Source: Dehalococcoidia bacterium
GTDB taxonomy: Bacteria; Chloroflexota; Dehalococcoidia; Bin125
NCBI GenBank assembly: GCA_963663235.2
Contig: CAXXNO010000001.1
Location: 32,001-96,000, forward strand
Reading direction: 5' to 3'
Length of the DNA stretch: 64,000 nucleotides
Within the stretch, counting starts at the first letter, position 1. Each line of letters begins with the position of its first letter. Positions 37,082 through 47,216 of the stretch are shown piece after piece. A program made the position numbers and the translations under genes. Under the pieces are notes generated by a model, which ran no database searches, was not told the origin of the DNA, and saw only the letters and a list, made by a program, of their open reading frames with translations.

Positions 37082-37157
37082 GGGGCTGTAGCTCAATTGG
37101 GAGAGCGTTTGACTGGCAGTCAAAAGGTAGGGGGTTCGAATCCCCCCAGCTCCACCA
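37082..37157 (+). tRNA. tRNA-Ala(GGC)
   Basis: GGGGCTG acceptor with G3:U70, anticodon arm TTTGA-CTGGCAG-TCAAA, GGTTCGAATCC, CCA end. Confidence 0.98.
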
Positions 37158-37281
37158 GCCGCTCAATCGCGTCCACTGTTCCCACGCACCGAGCAGGCAG
37201 CGAACTCCCCACACAGGGGTCCCCGTCGCCCCCGCCCGCTCCGCGGCCGACGGGAAGCGGCTTGGCTGCCGCCCGTTTGGG

Positions 37282-39504
37282 TTAGGTGGGGACCTCGATC
37301 TCCAACCCCGTGTTCGTGACGATCCAGAGCACCACTCCTTGGCTGAGCGCGAAGTTGGTCACCCCCAACGCCGGGATGAACGAGATCCAGCTGACGGCGG
37401 CCGGGTCGAACAGCCAGGCGATCTTGACGGCGCCGAACACGTCCGCCGCCAGCGCCGGCCCGAACGCCCAGAAGACGAACTGCCCGCCCGCCACCAAGGA
37501 CAGCGTCTCGCCTCCGCCGATGGGAGGCTGCTCCTCCGGGGGCGGCTCCTCCTCCGAGGGCGCGTCCACGTCGATGCTGGCCGTTGCCGTGTTGTTGCTC
37601 GGGTCGATGTCTTCGTTCGCCGCGGTCGCGGTCGCCGTGACCGTGACTGTCCCCGCTTCGAGAGGCCGCACCGTCACGACTGCCTGCGCCGACGCGCCGG
37701 CCGCGAGATCCCCGAACTCACAGCGCACTTCCCCGTCCGCCACCTCGCAGCCCGGCGACACGGACTCGAACTCGACCTGATCCGACAGCGTGATCGTCAC
37801 CATCACGCCCGCCGCATCGTCGGGGCCGTTGTTGGTCACCTCGACCTGGAATTGCACCGCCGGCACCAGGCCCGCGGACACTAACGCCGTTGGTGGCGCT
37901 GATTGATTGGCCACGCTAATGATCACGATGAGGTCGATCAGGCTGCGCTCGAAGGCGCCGATGTCACAGAAGGCCGCGGGCCGCGCGACGCCACGCTGGT
38001 CCTGAGGCAAGCAGAAGGATGCCGCCGCGGCGTTGATCGCCGGGCTGGCCGGGTCCAAGGCGTGGGTAAAGGTGGGGCCGCCGTTGCCCTGAAGCGATCC
38101 CAAGATCGGATTCACCCCGGAGAGCGACGCTCCGCAGCTCGTGTCGCCGTCCAGGTTGTTCCCCAGCACCGTTATCGTGCCAGAGCAGTCGCCCCCGGTG
38201 TTGTCGGCGACGATGGTGTTGGTCACGGTAACGGCGGTGGCGAGGGCCTCGCGGATGCCGCCGCCGCTGCCGCCGGCATTGTTGTTCGCGATCGTCAGGT
38301 GCGTGAGATCGGCCGTGCCGCTGCCGGCAAACAGCGCTCCGCCGTCGGCGGCGGCGCTGTTGCCGCTGAGCGTGCTGTTCTCCACCGTGGCGGCCCCGCT
38401 GTTGAAAATGCCGCCGCCGTCGTCCAGAGCGGTGTTGTCGCGGATTGTGGAATCGGTAATCGTGACGACGCCGAACGCGCCGATCCGGATTCCCCCGCCG
38501 TCGTCGGCTTCGTTGCCGCTCAGCGTGCTTCCCGTGATGGTGACCTCGCCGCCGATGACGTTGATCCCGCCGCCGTCGGCGGAGCCGGTGGCGACGTTGT
38601 CGTCCACCGTGCTGGTCGTGATCGTGAGCGTTCCATTCGTGGCGATGCCGCCGCCGCCGGTTGCGCCGCCGCCGGTATTCTCGCGGACGATCCCGTTGGT
38701 GATCGAGACGGTCCCGCCGCTGACGTTGTCGATGCCGCCGCCGTTCGTCGCGGCGGTGTTCGCGGTGACGATGCTCGCGCCGGCCACATTGCCGACGATT
38801 GTCAGGTCGCCGCCGCTGTTGAAGATGCCGCCGCCGGCGTCACCGCTGTTGCCGCGGACCGCCGTTCCGTCGAGCGTCAGGGCGCCGCTGCTCAGAATGC
38901 CGCCGCCGTCGTCATCGGCGACGTTGTCGCGGACCGTGCTGAGGGTGAGCGTGAGCGACCCTCCGCGGTTGATGATGCCGCCGCCGCTGAAGCCGGTATG
39001 GCCGTTCGTCATCGTCACGAACTCGATCTCCACAACCGCGGAGTCATCGATGTCGAAGATTCGGTCGAGGCCGCCCCCGTCGATGATCGTGGTGGGCATC
39101 GCCCGCAGGCCGCCGGCGGCCGTAATGGTCAGATCCGTGACCAGCGGATCGCCTTCGCCAAAGATCTCCAGATCGCCATGCACGACGGTGGCGGCTGTGT
39201 CCGGGTCGATCGTGGCGGGTGGAATGGTGAGGGTATGAGTGCCCTCCGGCAGGGTGAGCGTGTCGGGGCCGGCGAGCTCGTTCGCCTCCTGAATGGCCGC
39301 GCGCAACGTGCAGACGCCGGCCGCGTCGGCGCAGGTCCCATCACCGGGCGCCGCGTCCGGTGCGTCGGTGTAAGGCGGGCTGGCCACGGTGAAGGCCGCC
39401 GCCTGCAGCGGCTGGGGACTCCCCGCCACGATCGCGACGGCCAGCCCCAGCGCGACCAGCGCACTCCAGATGAAGGCGGATCGGTGTGACGCCCGTTGCA
39501 ACAT
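37282..39504 (-). CDS. secreted CSLREA-like beta-helix protein with choice-of-anchor Q and DUF11-like domains
   Basis: Signal peptide, CTLRAAIQEAN, N...GGGI repeats, NGGPTFTHAL...DQRG...CDIGAFE, VTNNGP...DPSNN. Confidence 0.85.
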   Translation of the reverse strand: MLQRASHRSAFIWSALVALGLAVAIVAGSPQPLQAAAFTVASPPYTDAPDAAPGDGTCADAAGVCTLRAAIQEANELAGPDTLTLPEGTHTLTIPPATIDPDTAATVVHGDLEIFGEGDPLVTDLTITAAGGLRAMPTTIIDGGGLDRIFDIDDSAVVEIEFVTMTNGHTGFSGGGIINRGGSLTLTLSTVRDNVADDDGGGILSSGALTLDGTAVRGNSGDAGGGIFNSGGDLTIVGNVAGASIVTANTAATNGGGIDNVSGGTVSITNGIVRENTGGGATGGGGIATNGTLTITTSTVDDNVATGSADGGGINVIGGEVTITGSTLSGNEADDGGGIRIGAFGVVTITDSTIRDNTALDDGGGIFNSGAATVENSTLSGNSAAADGGALFAGSGTADLTHLTIANNNAGGSGGGIREALATAVTVTNTIVADNTGGDCSGTITVLGNNLDGDTSCGASLSGVNPILGSLQGNGGPTFTHALDPASPAINAAAASFCLPQDQRGVARPAAFCDIGAFERSLIDLIVIISVANQSAPPTALVSAGLVPAVQFQVEVTNNGPDDAAGVMVTITLSDQVEFESVSPGCEVADGEVRCEFGDLAAGASAQAVVTVRPLEAGTVTVTATATAANEDIDPSNNTATASIDVDAPSEEEPPPEEQPPIGGGETLSLVAGGQFVFWAFGPALAADVFGAVKIAWLFDPAAVSWISFIPALGVTNFALSQGVVLWIVTNTGLEIEVPT

Positions 39505-39693
39505 GCGCTCTCGCCCCTTATCGCTGCCCCACGCGGCCGCGCCCCGGCCGGGGCGGCCCGTCTCGACGGGGAGAGGATACCGCAGCCTCACGCCGGGGAG
39601 CCGTGGCGCGAGATTTCGCCCGCCAGCCGTCACGTCCAGATCGTTCAGCGGTCCTATACATGCGCGCGATTGAGCCGTTGCAGGAGTAACCCG

Positions 39694-39891
39694 ATGCGAT
39701 CTGTGATGCTGACTTGCCTCATCAAGGCGCGAGATAAGCGCCAGCGCACGCTCCGCGAGGAAGAGGGCGCAGGAGCCCTGGAATCCGCCCTGGCCGCCGT
39801 GCTGACGACGGCCACCCTCGTCGCCGCCGTGGCGGCGTGGGTGGTGGACATCCCCGCCGCCGCGGAGGCCGCGCTCAACGCCGTGATCTAG
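39694..39891 (+). CDS. Flp/type IVb pilin-like small protein
   Basis: RBS AGGAG; REEEG|AGALE followed by a hydrophobic helix. Confidence 0.6.
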   Translation: MRSVMLTCLIKARDKRQRTLREEEGAGALESALAAVLTTATLVAAVAAWVVDIPAAAEAALNAVI

Positions 39892-39927
39892 TCCGCACGG
39901 GATAGAGTCCCGTCGGGCGTCAGCTCC

Positions 39928-40706
39928 TCATCCGGCCCGATCTGCCCGTCGGACACGCCGCTGCGCCCCGACGCCCCTTATGCGCCGGCTCGCTCTCGCT
40001 GCTGGCGTTCCCAATTCCTCTTGGTTGGGCGAGGCCGGCGGATCCTTCACGCGCAGGTCGTAGTAGAGCGGGACGTAGGGCTTGTAGATCTCGTAGGCCC
40101 GGCGCAACTCCGTCACGGCATCGTCGAGCACGTCGACCCGCAGGTCGATGAGCGCGTACGGCTCCCACTCGTGGACGATGAGCGCCGCCGACCGCTCGTT
40201 CAGGCGTCCTTGCCCGCCGGCCTCCCGCCCGGCCTCCACGGCGCGCATCAGCCGCTCCGCCAGATCCTCCTCCGGCGCGGCGCTGTACGCCTCGGCCATG
40301 GCTCGGACAACCGACTCGCCGGCCAGCACGTTCCCCATGGTCACGAAACCGTCGCCCACGATGTGGCCGGCCCAGGGACGGGTCTTGAGGCCGCTATGGG
40401 CGGCGGACTCCCCATCGCGATCGACCACGCCGACCTGCCGGTAGTCGAAGTAGCTGTCGCTGGTCGCCAGCTCCTGGATGACCTTGGGGGCGGAAACCCC
40501 ATCTCCAGCAGGCTCATCGCCGGAGGGAGGAGGCGTGGATCGGCGAAGGCCTGACTCGACACCGCCCCCACGTTGGCCCGGACGGCGGGACAGTAGCCTC
40601 CCACGGCGAGCGAGTAGGTGGCGATGCCCACGCCCAGCTGGCGTGTCCGGGGGCAGCGCCCAAGGACCGTGAAGGTGTTGCGCTCCACTCCCATACGGAA
40701 GGTCAT
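39928..40706 (-). CDS. DUF1028 family (Ntn-hydrolase-like) protein (frameshift near 40486-40496)
   Basis: TFTVLGRCP..GVGIAT..LAVG..CP...VGAVSSQA in one frame; RQVGVVD, GNVLAG, GG, SAAL, DLRVD in the next. Confidence 0.85.
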
Positions 40707-40896
40707 CCGGCTGTCCTCTCCATGCGCCGCTGTCTTGCGAACACGTGACCGCGGCCGTCCAAGCCCGGCCGCCGGGCAGTGTAACCGCCGCGACTCGTAT
40801 CCCGCGCGTGGGCGATTCAAGGTGCGCCGCACGCAACCGCCGTATCGAAATGCCCGACGGGACCACGGTCCGCGCTCCGCCTCCGCTTCGCGCGCC

Positions 40897-41931
40897 TCAG
40901 ATCATGAGCGCAATCCCGCCGACCACCAGCAACGCGCCCACCAACAGCCACATCGTAATCCGCTCGCGCAAAAAGATCGCGGCCAGGATCATGCCGAACA
41001 GCGGCGACGTGGAGAACAGCACGGTGAACTCACCCGCGCTGATGTGCTGCACCGAGATCACGATCAACAGCCCCAGCACCCCAGTCCCCAGGGCCCCCGA
41101 GACGGCGAGGGGAATGTGGCTATTCCGCGGCAGCGTCCACCGTCGGAGATCGGTGCCGGGCTGGGACATCGTCAGGACCAGCAAGAACAGGACGACGGCG
41201 GGCATCCGCACGGAGCTGGCGGCGGCGGCCTCGAATCCTTCGGAGGCGCTGCGCAGCCACACCGTCGCCCCGCCCCACAGCATGCCCATGACGACCGCCA
41301 GCGCCAGCCCCACCGTCTGCGCCTGCGCGGTCGGGCGGCCCGCGCGGGCAGCCTTGTCGAGAATCGCTATCCGCGACGAGTGCGCCTCCGGCGGGCCGCT
41401 CCCTCCCGCGATCGGCGGGTCCCGGCGCAGCAGGGCACGCAAGCCTGAGAACCGTCCATCGCGTGTCCCCTCCACACGCTCCGCCGCTCCGTCCCGCGGC
41501 CGGCCGTAGATCGCGACCACGTAGACCCCCAACACCACCACCGCCGACCCCAGCCCGATCCGCCAGGTGACCTCGTCGCCGATCAAGATCGCGCCGAAGA
41601 CGAAGGCGAACACCACCGTGCCGCCGGTGGTGATCATGAACGTGCGATTCAACCCGATCAGCGGGATCGTGATGGCGTACAGCGTCTGCGCCAAGCCGGT
41701 CGCCAGGAAGCCGGAGCCCGCCAGTTGCGCGATGTCTCCGGCGCTCATCCTCCCGTAGTCGGCGTCCGCCCCCAGCACAAAGGCGGCCGCAAAGAGGAAG
41801 AGCAGCGCCCAGAGGGCGCGCACGAGGCTGAGCGAAAACGGATCGATCCGCGACGCCTGACTCGCGATCAGTGCGCTGGCCACCGCCCAGACGACGGCGG
41901 CTCCCAGGGCCGCGGCGATACCCACGCCCAT
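40897..41931 (-). CDS. DMT/EamA family transporter
   Basis: About 10 TM helices in two repeats; LIGDE and FLRERIT motifs. Confidence 0.88.
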   Translation of the reverse strand: MGVGIAAALGAAVVWAVASALIASQASRIDPFSLSLVRALWALLFLFAAAFVLGADADYGRMSAGDIAQLAGSGFLATGLAQTLYAITIPLIGLNRTFMITTGGTVVFAFVFGAILIGDEVTWRIGLGSAVVVLGVYVVAIYGRPRDGAAERVEGTRDGRFSGLRALLRRDPPIAGGSGPPEAHSSRIAILDKAARAGRPTAQAQTVGLALAVVMGMLWGGATVWLRSASEGFEAAAASSVRMPAVVLFLLVLTMSQPGTDLRRWTLPRNSHIPLAVSGALGTGVLGLLIVISVQHISAGEFTVLFSTSPLFGMILAAIFLRERITMWLLVGALLVVGGIALMI

Positions 41932-42081
41932 GCCAGACGCCCCGCTTCACTTCGGCGACGCCCTATCAGCGCCGCCGTCGTGAGCATCGTACGCAACAGC
42001 CGTGCGTCCGGGACGCCGTGTTACGGCTCGGTACCGAGGCGATGGGGCGGCCCCCGTCGCTCCGCCGAACCCTCCTGAGCC

Positions 42082-42366
42082 CTACGCCTGCGCGAAGAAC
42101 TCTCGCAGCGCCTCCAAGGAGATGATCGGGTGTGTCTCGATGCGTCCGAGATCGCTGACCTCGTTCAAGAGGCCTGCGAGCTCTTCGGCCGAGTCGACGT
42201 TGAAGACAAAGAAGCCGCCGCGCGCATCGGCGAAGATCCCGCTCGTCTCCAGCTTCCCCGACGCCTCCCACTCCCCCGTCTGCTCCCCGAACGTCTGCTG
42301 TGCCCGGACGATATCATCCGGTGAGATCGATGTCTCGAACGCCTCGATCCGCACGAAGATCCGCAT
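42082..42366 (-). CDS. small dimeric alpha/beta-barrel protein (muconolactone isomerase/DUF3303-like)
   Basis: SGKL..SG.FA..RGGFFVFNVDSAEEL...ETHP; RBS GGGAG. Confidence 0.6.
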   Translation of the reverse strand: MRIFVRIEAFETSISPDDIVRAQQTFGEQTGEWEASGKLETSGIFADARGGFFVFNVDSAEELAGLLNEVSDLGRIETHPIISLEALREFFAQA

Positions 42367-42617
42367 TGCGCCCCACTCCCTTTCAGTGCTGCCGCCGAAG
42401 GTTACGCCAGAGCATAGCCACCGTCACGCGCCGCCGGGGCGGGCACAGGAGGCGGAAGCATTCTCCGTGGCCTTGCAACTCAGCGCGACCCGCGGGACCG
42501 GGCCGCTTCTCGTCCAGGCGTTCGACCGCTCCGTCGGCGCGGAGAGTTGGCGCTGGACGCCGACGCCTCCTAGCGATCCGCTACGCTCGTGCAGGCTCTC
42601 GCGCTCATGGAGGGTGG

Positions 42618-43886
42618 ATGCACCTTTCGTCTCTTCCTCTGCGCGCGCGCATCGCGCGCCGTTTCGCGCTCGTCGCGCTGCTGGCGCTGATCGTGTCGGC
42701 CACGGCGCCCGCCGACCTGCGAGCCCGGCAGGACGACGGCGATGCTGGCGCAACTCTCACCCTCAGCGACGGCGGCCAGTTCGTCTTCTGGAGCGCCGGA
42801 GATACCACCGTCTCGGCCGTCTTCCGCAGCGTCAAGATCGCTTGGCTCTTCGACGAGGGAACATGGATCGCCTTCAACCCCATCCTCGGCTCTGTGGACT
42901 TCCCCATCTCCGACGGCACTGTCCTCTGGGTCGTCTCCGTCGGTCCCCAGACGATCAACATCGGCGCGCCCGCGGAGGACACCGACGATGAAGCGCCCGC
43001 GGAGCCGCGCTGGCTCGTGCTCGCGTCGATCGCCGGTGGCCCCCGCCAGGAGACGGGGGGCGTCGCGTTGAACGGGGAGATCTACTTGATTGGCGGCTTC
43101 GACGCCGATAGCCGCGTCGTGGCCACCGTCGAAGCCTACGACCCGCAAACCGACCGCTGGCGCCGCACCGCCGACCTTCCGCTGCCGCTGCACCACGCCA
43201 ACGTCGCCGTCGTGGACGGCGCGCTCTACGTCGTCGGCTTCCTCAGCGGCGGCGGCTTCACCGCCGACGGCCGCGTCTTCGCCTACGACCCGGCCGCAGA
43301 CGTCTGGACGACGAGAACGTCGATGCCGTCCGGAACCGAGCGGGGCGCGTCGGCCGTGGCCGTGGTGGACGGGAAGATCTACGTGGCCGGCGGCTTCCGC
43401 AACGCCGCCGTGCGCGATGTCTCCGCCTACGACCCCGCCACCGACACCTGGGAGATCCTCCCGGACCTCCCCGCGCCGCGCGATCACGTCGTCGGCGGCG
43501 CGATCGATGGCGTCATCTACGTCGCCGGCGGCCGCGACTCTTCCATCTTCGCCGTGAGCGGCGCCGTCTACGCGTTCGACCCGGCCGCCGGCCGCTGGCA
43601 GGAGCGCGCTTCGATGCCCACGCCCCGGGGCGGGGCCGCTGCGGCAGTGCTGGACGGCCGCCTCTACCTCTTCGGCGGCGAGGGCGACCGCAGCGTCGCC
43701 TCCGGCGTCTTCGATCAAACCGAGGCCTACGACCCGCTGACCGATCGCTGGGAGTCGCTGCCGCCCATGCCCACCCCCCGACACGGCACCGGCGCCGCCG
43801 CGCTCGACGGCCGCATCTACGTCCCCGGCGGCGCCGACGTCCAGGGCTTCGCCGCCGTCGACACCAGCGAGGCGTTTGTTCCCTAG
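42618..43886 (+). CDS. secreted Kelch-repeat beta-propeller protein
   Basis: Signal peptide; six repeats G.IY..GG...YDP..D.W. Confidence 0.92.
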   Translation: MHLSSLPLRARIARRFALVALLALIVSATAPADLRARQDDGDAGATLTLSDGGQFVFWSAGDTTVSAVFRSVKIAWLFDEGTWIAFNPILGSVDFPISDGTVLWVVSVGPQTINIGAPAEDTDDEAPAEPRWLVLASIAGGPRQETGGVALNGEIYLIGGFDADSRVVATVEAYDPQTDRWRRTADLPLPLHHANVAVVDGALYVVGFLSGGGFTADGRVFAYDPAADVWTTRTSMPSGTERGASAVAVVDGKIYVAGGFRNAAVRDVSAYDPATDTWEILPDLPAPRDHVVGGAIDGVIYVAGGRDSSIFAVSGAVYAFDPAAGRWQERASMPTPRGGAAAAVLDGRLYLFGGEGDRSVASGVFDQTEAYDPLTDRWESLPPMPTPRHGTGAAALDGRIYVPGGADVQGFAAVDTSEAFVP

Positions 43887-43906
43887 CGCGGATCGTCCTC
43901 GCCGCC

Positions 43907-44323
43907 CTACGCGGGCAACAACGTCAGCGCGTCGACGTGTCTGGGACGCATCATGCTGAAGTGGCGCCGGTCCAGCGTCGCGAGCTTCAGCTCGTTCAGC
44001 CGTTCCACCACGGCAAGCACGGCCGCATCGACGAAACCGATATCGGCATCGGCGTACCGATCGCACAACTGGCGCACCCGCCGGTAATCGTCGGGCTCCA
44101 ACTCCGCTACCACGTACGCCCCCGCCGCCACGTCATCGAGCAACGCCACGAGCACGCCGGCGTGCAGGCGGCGTCCGATCCAGTAATCCACCTCGACGAT
44201 CACGGGCGCCGGGATGACCAGCGCCTCCGCCGCTCCCTCGATGAGCTCCCGGCAGGCCGCGTGGTCCGCGTCGCTGCGATCGAGCGAGGCGTAGAGAGGA
44301 CCGGTATCCAGCACTAGCGCCAC
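43907..44323 (-). CDS. vapC: PIN-domain toxin
   Basis: LDTG, EVDY, VDAA, TLDRRHF. Confidence 0.93.
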   Translation of the reverse strand: MALVLDTGPLYASLDRSDADHAACRELIEGAAEALVIPAPVIVEVDYWIGRRLHAGVLVALLDDVAAGAYVVAELEPDDYRRVRQLCDRYADADIGFVDAAVLAVVERLNELKLATLDRRHFSMMRPRHVDALTLLPA

Positions 44324-44538
44324 GACCGCGGCTCCGGTCGCTCCTCCCCGACCCGCCGGGCGGTGTCGAGCCGGCCCGAAGCCCCGATGCCGAGGCTGCG
44401 AGGCCGGGGCCGGGCGCCGTGCGTCTTCTCCTCCAGCGCCTCACGGATCAGCGTGGCCATGGACGTGCGCCGTTCGGCTGCCAGCGCCCGCAGGCGCCTC
44501 AGCAGATCCTCGGGCAGCGAAATGGTGGTGCGCTCCAT
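44314..44538 (-). CDS. vapB: ribbon-helix-helix antitoxin
   Basis: MERTTISLPEDL...SMATLIREAL; overlaps vapC. Confidence 0.9.
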   Translation of the reverse strand: MERTTISLPEDLLRRLRALAAERRTSMATLIREALEEKTHGARPRPRSLGIGASGRLDTARRVGEERPEPRSWR

Positions 44539-44741
44539 AGCATCATGATAGCAGCCGTAACATCATCTCCTTCCCCCCGCCCGCAGCCCCACATCCCCGG
44601 CGGCGCCGACGTCCAGGGCTTCGATGCCGTCGACACCAGCGAGGCGTTCGTTCCCTGACCGCAGCGGCGTCGCGCCTCGTCCCGCCTACGGATCGCCGCT
44701 GCTATCCTCGAAACAGCGACTCAAAACGGAGCGATCGCGGC

Positions 44742-47216
44742 ATGCCCAGCAACGATCAGGCGGCCATTCCGCCCTACCGCCCGCAAGAGATCGAGCCCAG
44801 GTGGCAGGGCCGCTGGGAGGCCGACGCCCTCTACCGCACCTCCGACGACGATCCCCGCCCCCGCTGGTACATGCTCACCATGTTCCCCTACACCAGCGGC
44901 GACCTGCACATCGGCCACTGGTATGCCATCGCGCCCTCGGACGTCGCCGCGCGCTACCAACACATGCGGGGCAACAACGTCCTCTTCCCCATCGGCTTCG
45001 ACGCCTTCGGCCTGCCGGCGGAAAACGCCGCCATCAGCGAGAACATCCATCCCCACACCTGGACCTACCGCAACGTGGAGCGCATGCGCGCCCAGCTCCG
45101 CCGCATGGGCGCCTCCTTCGACTGGACCCGCGAGGTGATCACCTCCGACCCCGAGTACTACAAGTGGACCCAGTGGTGGTTCCTGCAACTGTTCAAGCAC
45201 AACCTCGCCTATCGCAAGCAGGCCCCCGCCAACTGGTGCCCCTCCTGCCAAACGGTGCTCGCCAACGAACAGGTGATCCGGCACGAAGGCGAGGCCGGCC
45301 GCTGCGAGCGCTGCGAGTCGGTGGTCGAGACCCGCGACCTGGAGCAGTGGTTCTTCCGCATCACCAACTACGCCGATGAGCTACTCGACTTCAGCGCCAT
45401 CGACTGGCCCGAGCGCATCGTCACCATGCAGAGCAACTGGATCGGCCGCTCCGAGGGGGCGGAGATCCACTTCCCCTTCGACGCGCCCGTCGCCGGCGTC
45501 GACCGCATCCGCTGCTTCACCACCCGCGCCGATACCGTCTTCGGCGTCACCTACCTGGTGCTCGCCCCGGAGCACCCGCTCGTCGAGCCGCTCACCGCCC
45601 CCGACCGGCGCGATGTGGTGCAGGAATACGTGCGCGCCGCCCGCGCCGCCACCGAGATCGAACGGCAGTCCATCGTGCGCGTCAAGAGCGGCGTCTTCAC
45701 CGGCGCCTCCGCCCGCCACCCCCTCACCAACCGGCTCCTGCCCATCTGGATCGCCGACTACGTCCTGCCCTCCTACGGCACCGGCGCGGTCATGGGCGTG
45801 CCCGCCCACGACGTCCGCGACTTCGCCTTCGCGCGACAGTTCGATCTGCCCATCCCCACCGTAATCGCCCCGCCTGACTGGGACGGCGCCCCGCTGCCCG
45901 AGGCCTACGTCGGCGACGGCCGCATGGTCAACTCCGGCGACTTCGACGGTCTGTCGGTCAAGGAGGGCCAGGCCGCCGTGGCCGCCCGTTTGCAAGAGAT
46001 GGATCGCGGCGGCCCTGACGTCAGTTACCGCCTCCGCGACTGGCTCATCAGCCGCCAGCGCTACTGGGGCGCCCCCATCCCCATCATCTACTGCGCCGCC
46101 TGCGCCATCGTCCCCGTGCCGGAGGAGGACCTGCCCGTGCTCCTGCCCGAGGACGCCGAGTTCCTGCCCACCGGCGAGTCGCCGCTGGCCGGGCATCCCA
46201 CCTTCACCCAGGTCGCCTGTCCCCAGTGCGAGGCCCCCGCCCGTCGCGAGACGGACACCATGGACACCTTCATGTGCTCCTCCTGGTACATGTTCCGCTA
46301 CCTCGATCCCCACAACGACCGAGAGCCCGTCCGTCGGGACCTCGCCGAGAAGTGGCTCCCCGTCGACCAGTACACCGGCGGCGCCGAGCACGCCGTGATG
46401 CACCTGCTCTACGCCCGCTTCTTCACCAAGGCGGCCCGCGACATGGGCGTCCTACCAGTGGGGGAGCCGTTCGCCCGCCTCTTCAACCAGGGCATCATCC
46501 TCAAGGGCGGGCAGAAGATGTCCAAGAGCCGCGGCAACGTCGTGGCGCCCGATGTGTGGGTCGACAAACTCGGCGCCGACGCCGTCCGCCTCTACCTCAT
46601 GTTCCTCGGCCCCTGGGACCAGGGCGGCGACTGGGACGACAGGAACATTCAGGGTCTCTCGCGCTGGCTCAACCGCGTCTGGACCCTGGTCCTCCGGCCG
46701 CCCGAGCGCGCGCCCTCAGAGGAGAGCGCCCGCACCATCCGACGCCTCACGCATCAGATGATCCGCCGGGCCACGGAAGACGTGGAGCGCTTCCGCTTCA
46801 ACACCATGCTGGCGGCGATGATGGAGTGCACCAACGCGCTGGCCCGCGAGCGCGACGCCGGCCCCGTCGACGGCGCCGCCTGGGACGAAGCCGTCCAGGC
46901 TCTAATCCTCTGTCTGGCCCCCTCCGCGCCGCACATCGCGGAAGAGCTCTGGCAGCGGCTCGGCCGGCCCTACTCCGTGCACCAGCAGGCCTGGCCCGCG
47001 TGGGATCCGGAACTGGCGGCCTCGGAAACGGTGACGCTGGTCGTGCAGGTCAACGGCAAGCTCCGCGACCGCCTCACCGTCGCCGTCGGCCTGCCGGAGT
47101 CGGAGGCCCGCGCTGCTGCGGAGGCGTCGGCGAACGTCGCCGCCCACCTCGCCGGCGCCGCCGTCCGCAAGGTCGTCTACATCCCCGACAAGCTGATCAA
47201 CTTGGTGGTGGGCTAG
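44742..47216 (+). CDS. leuS: leucine--tRNA ligase
   Basis: MFPY..HIGH, NWIGRSEG, GTGAVMGVPAHD, KMSKS. Confidence 0.98.
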   Translation: MPSNDQAAIPPYRPQEIEPRWQGRWEADALYRTSDDDPRPRWYMLTMFPYTSGDLHIGHWYAIAPSDVAARYQHMRGNNVLFPIGFDAFGLPAENAAISENIHPHTWTYRNVERMRAQLRRMGASFDWTREVITSDPEYYKWTQWWFLQLFKHNLAYRKQAPANWCPSCQTVLANEQVIRHEGEAGRCERCESVVETRDLEQWFFRITNYADELLDFSAIDWPERIVTMQSNWIGRSEGAEIHFPFDAPVAGVDRIRCFTTRADTVFGVTYLVLAPEHPLVEPLTAPDRRDVVQEYVRAARAATEIERQSIVRVKSGVFTGASARHPLTNRLLPIWIADYVLPSYGTGAVMGVPAHDVRDFAFARQFDLPIPTVIAPPDWDGAPLPEAYVGDGRMVNSGDFDGLSVKEGQAAVAARLQEMDRGGPDVSYRLRDWLISRQRYWGAPIPIIYCAACAIVPVPEEDLPVLLPEDAEFLPTGESPLAGHPTFTQVACPQCEAPARRETDTMDTFMCSSWYMFRYLDPHNDREPVRRDLAEKWLPVDQYTGGAEHAVMHLLYARFFTKAARDMGVLPVGEPFARLFNQGIILKGGQKMSKSRGNVVAPDVWVDKLGADAVRLYLMFLGPWDQGGDWDDRNIQGLSRWLNRVWTLVLRPPERAPSEESARTIRRLTHQMIRRATEDVERFRFNTMLAAMMECTNALARERDAGPVDGAAWDEAVQALILCLAPSAPHIAEELWQRLGRPYSVHQQAWPAWDPELAASETVTLVVQVNGKLRDRLTVAVGLPESEARAAAEASANVAAHLAGAAVRKVVYIPDKLINLVVG

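Larger units (their letters stand above)
43822..44656 (+). repeat. 63-bp direct repeat (43822-43884 and 44594-44656) flanking vapBC
   Basis: 60/63 identical; duplicates the 3' end of the Kelch gene (PGGADVQGF.AVDTSEAFVP*). Confidence 0.92.
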
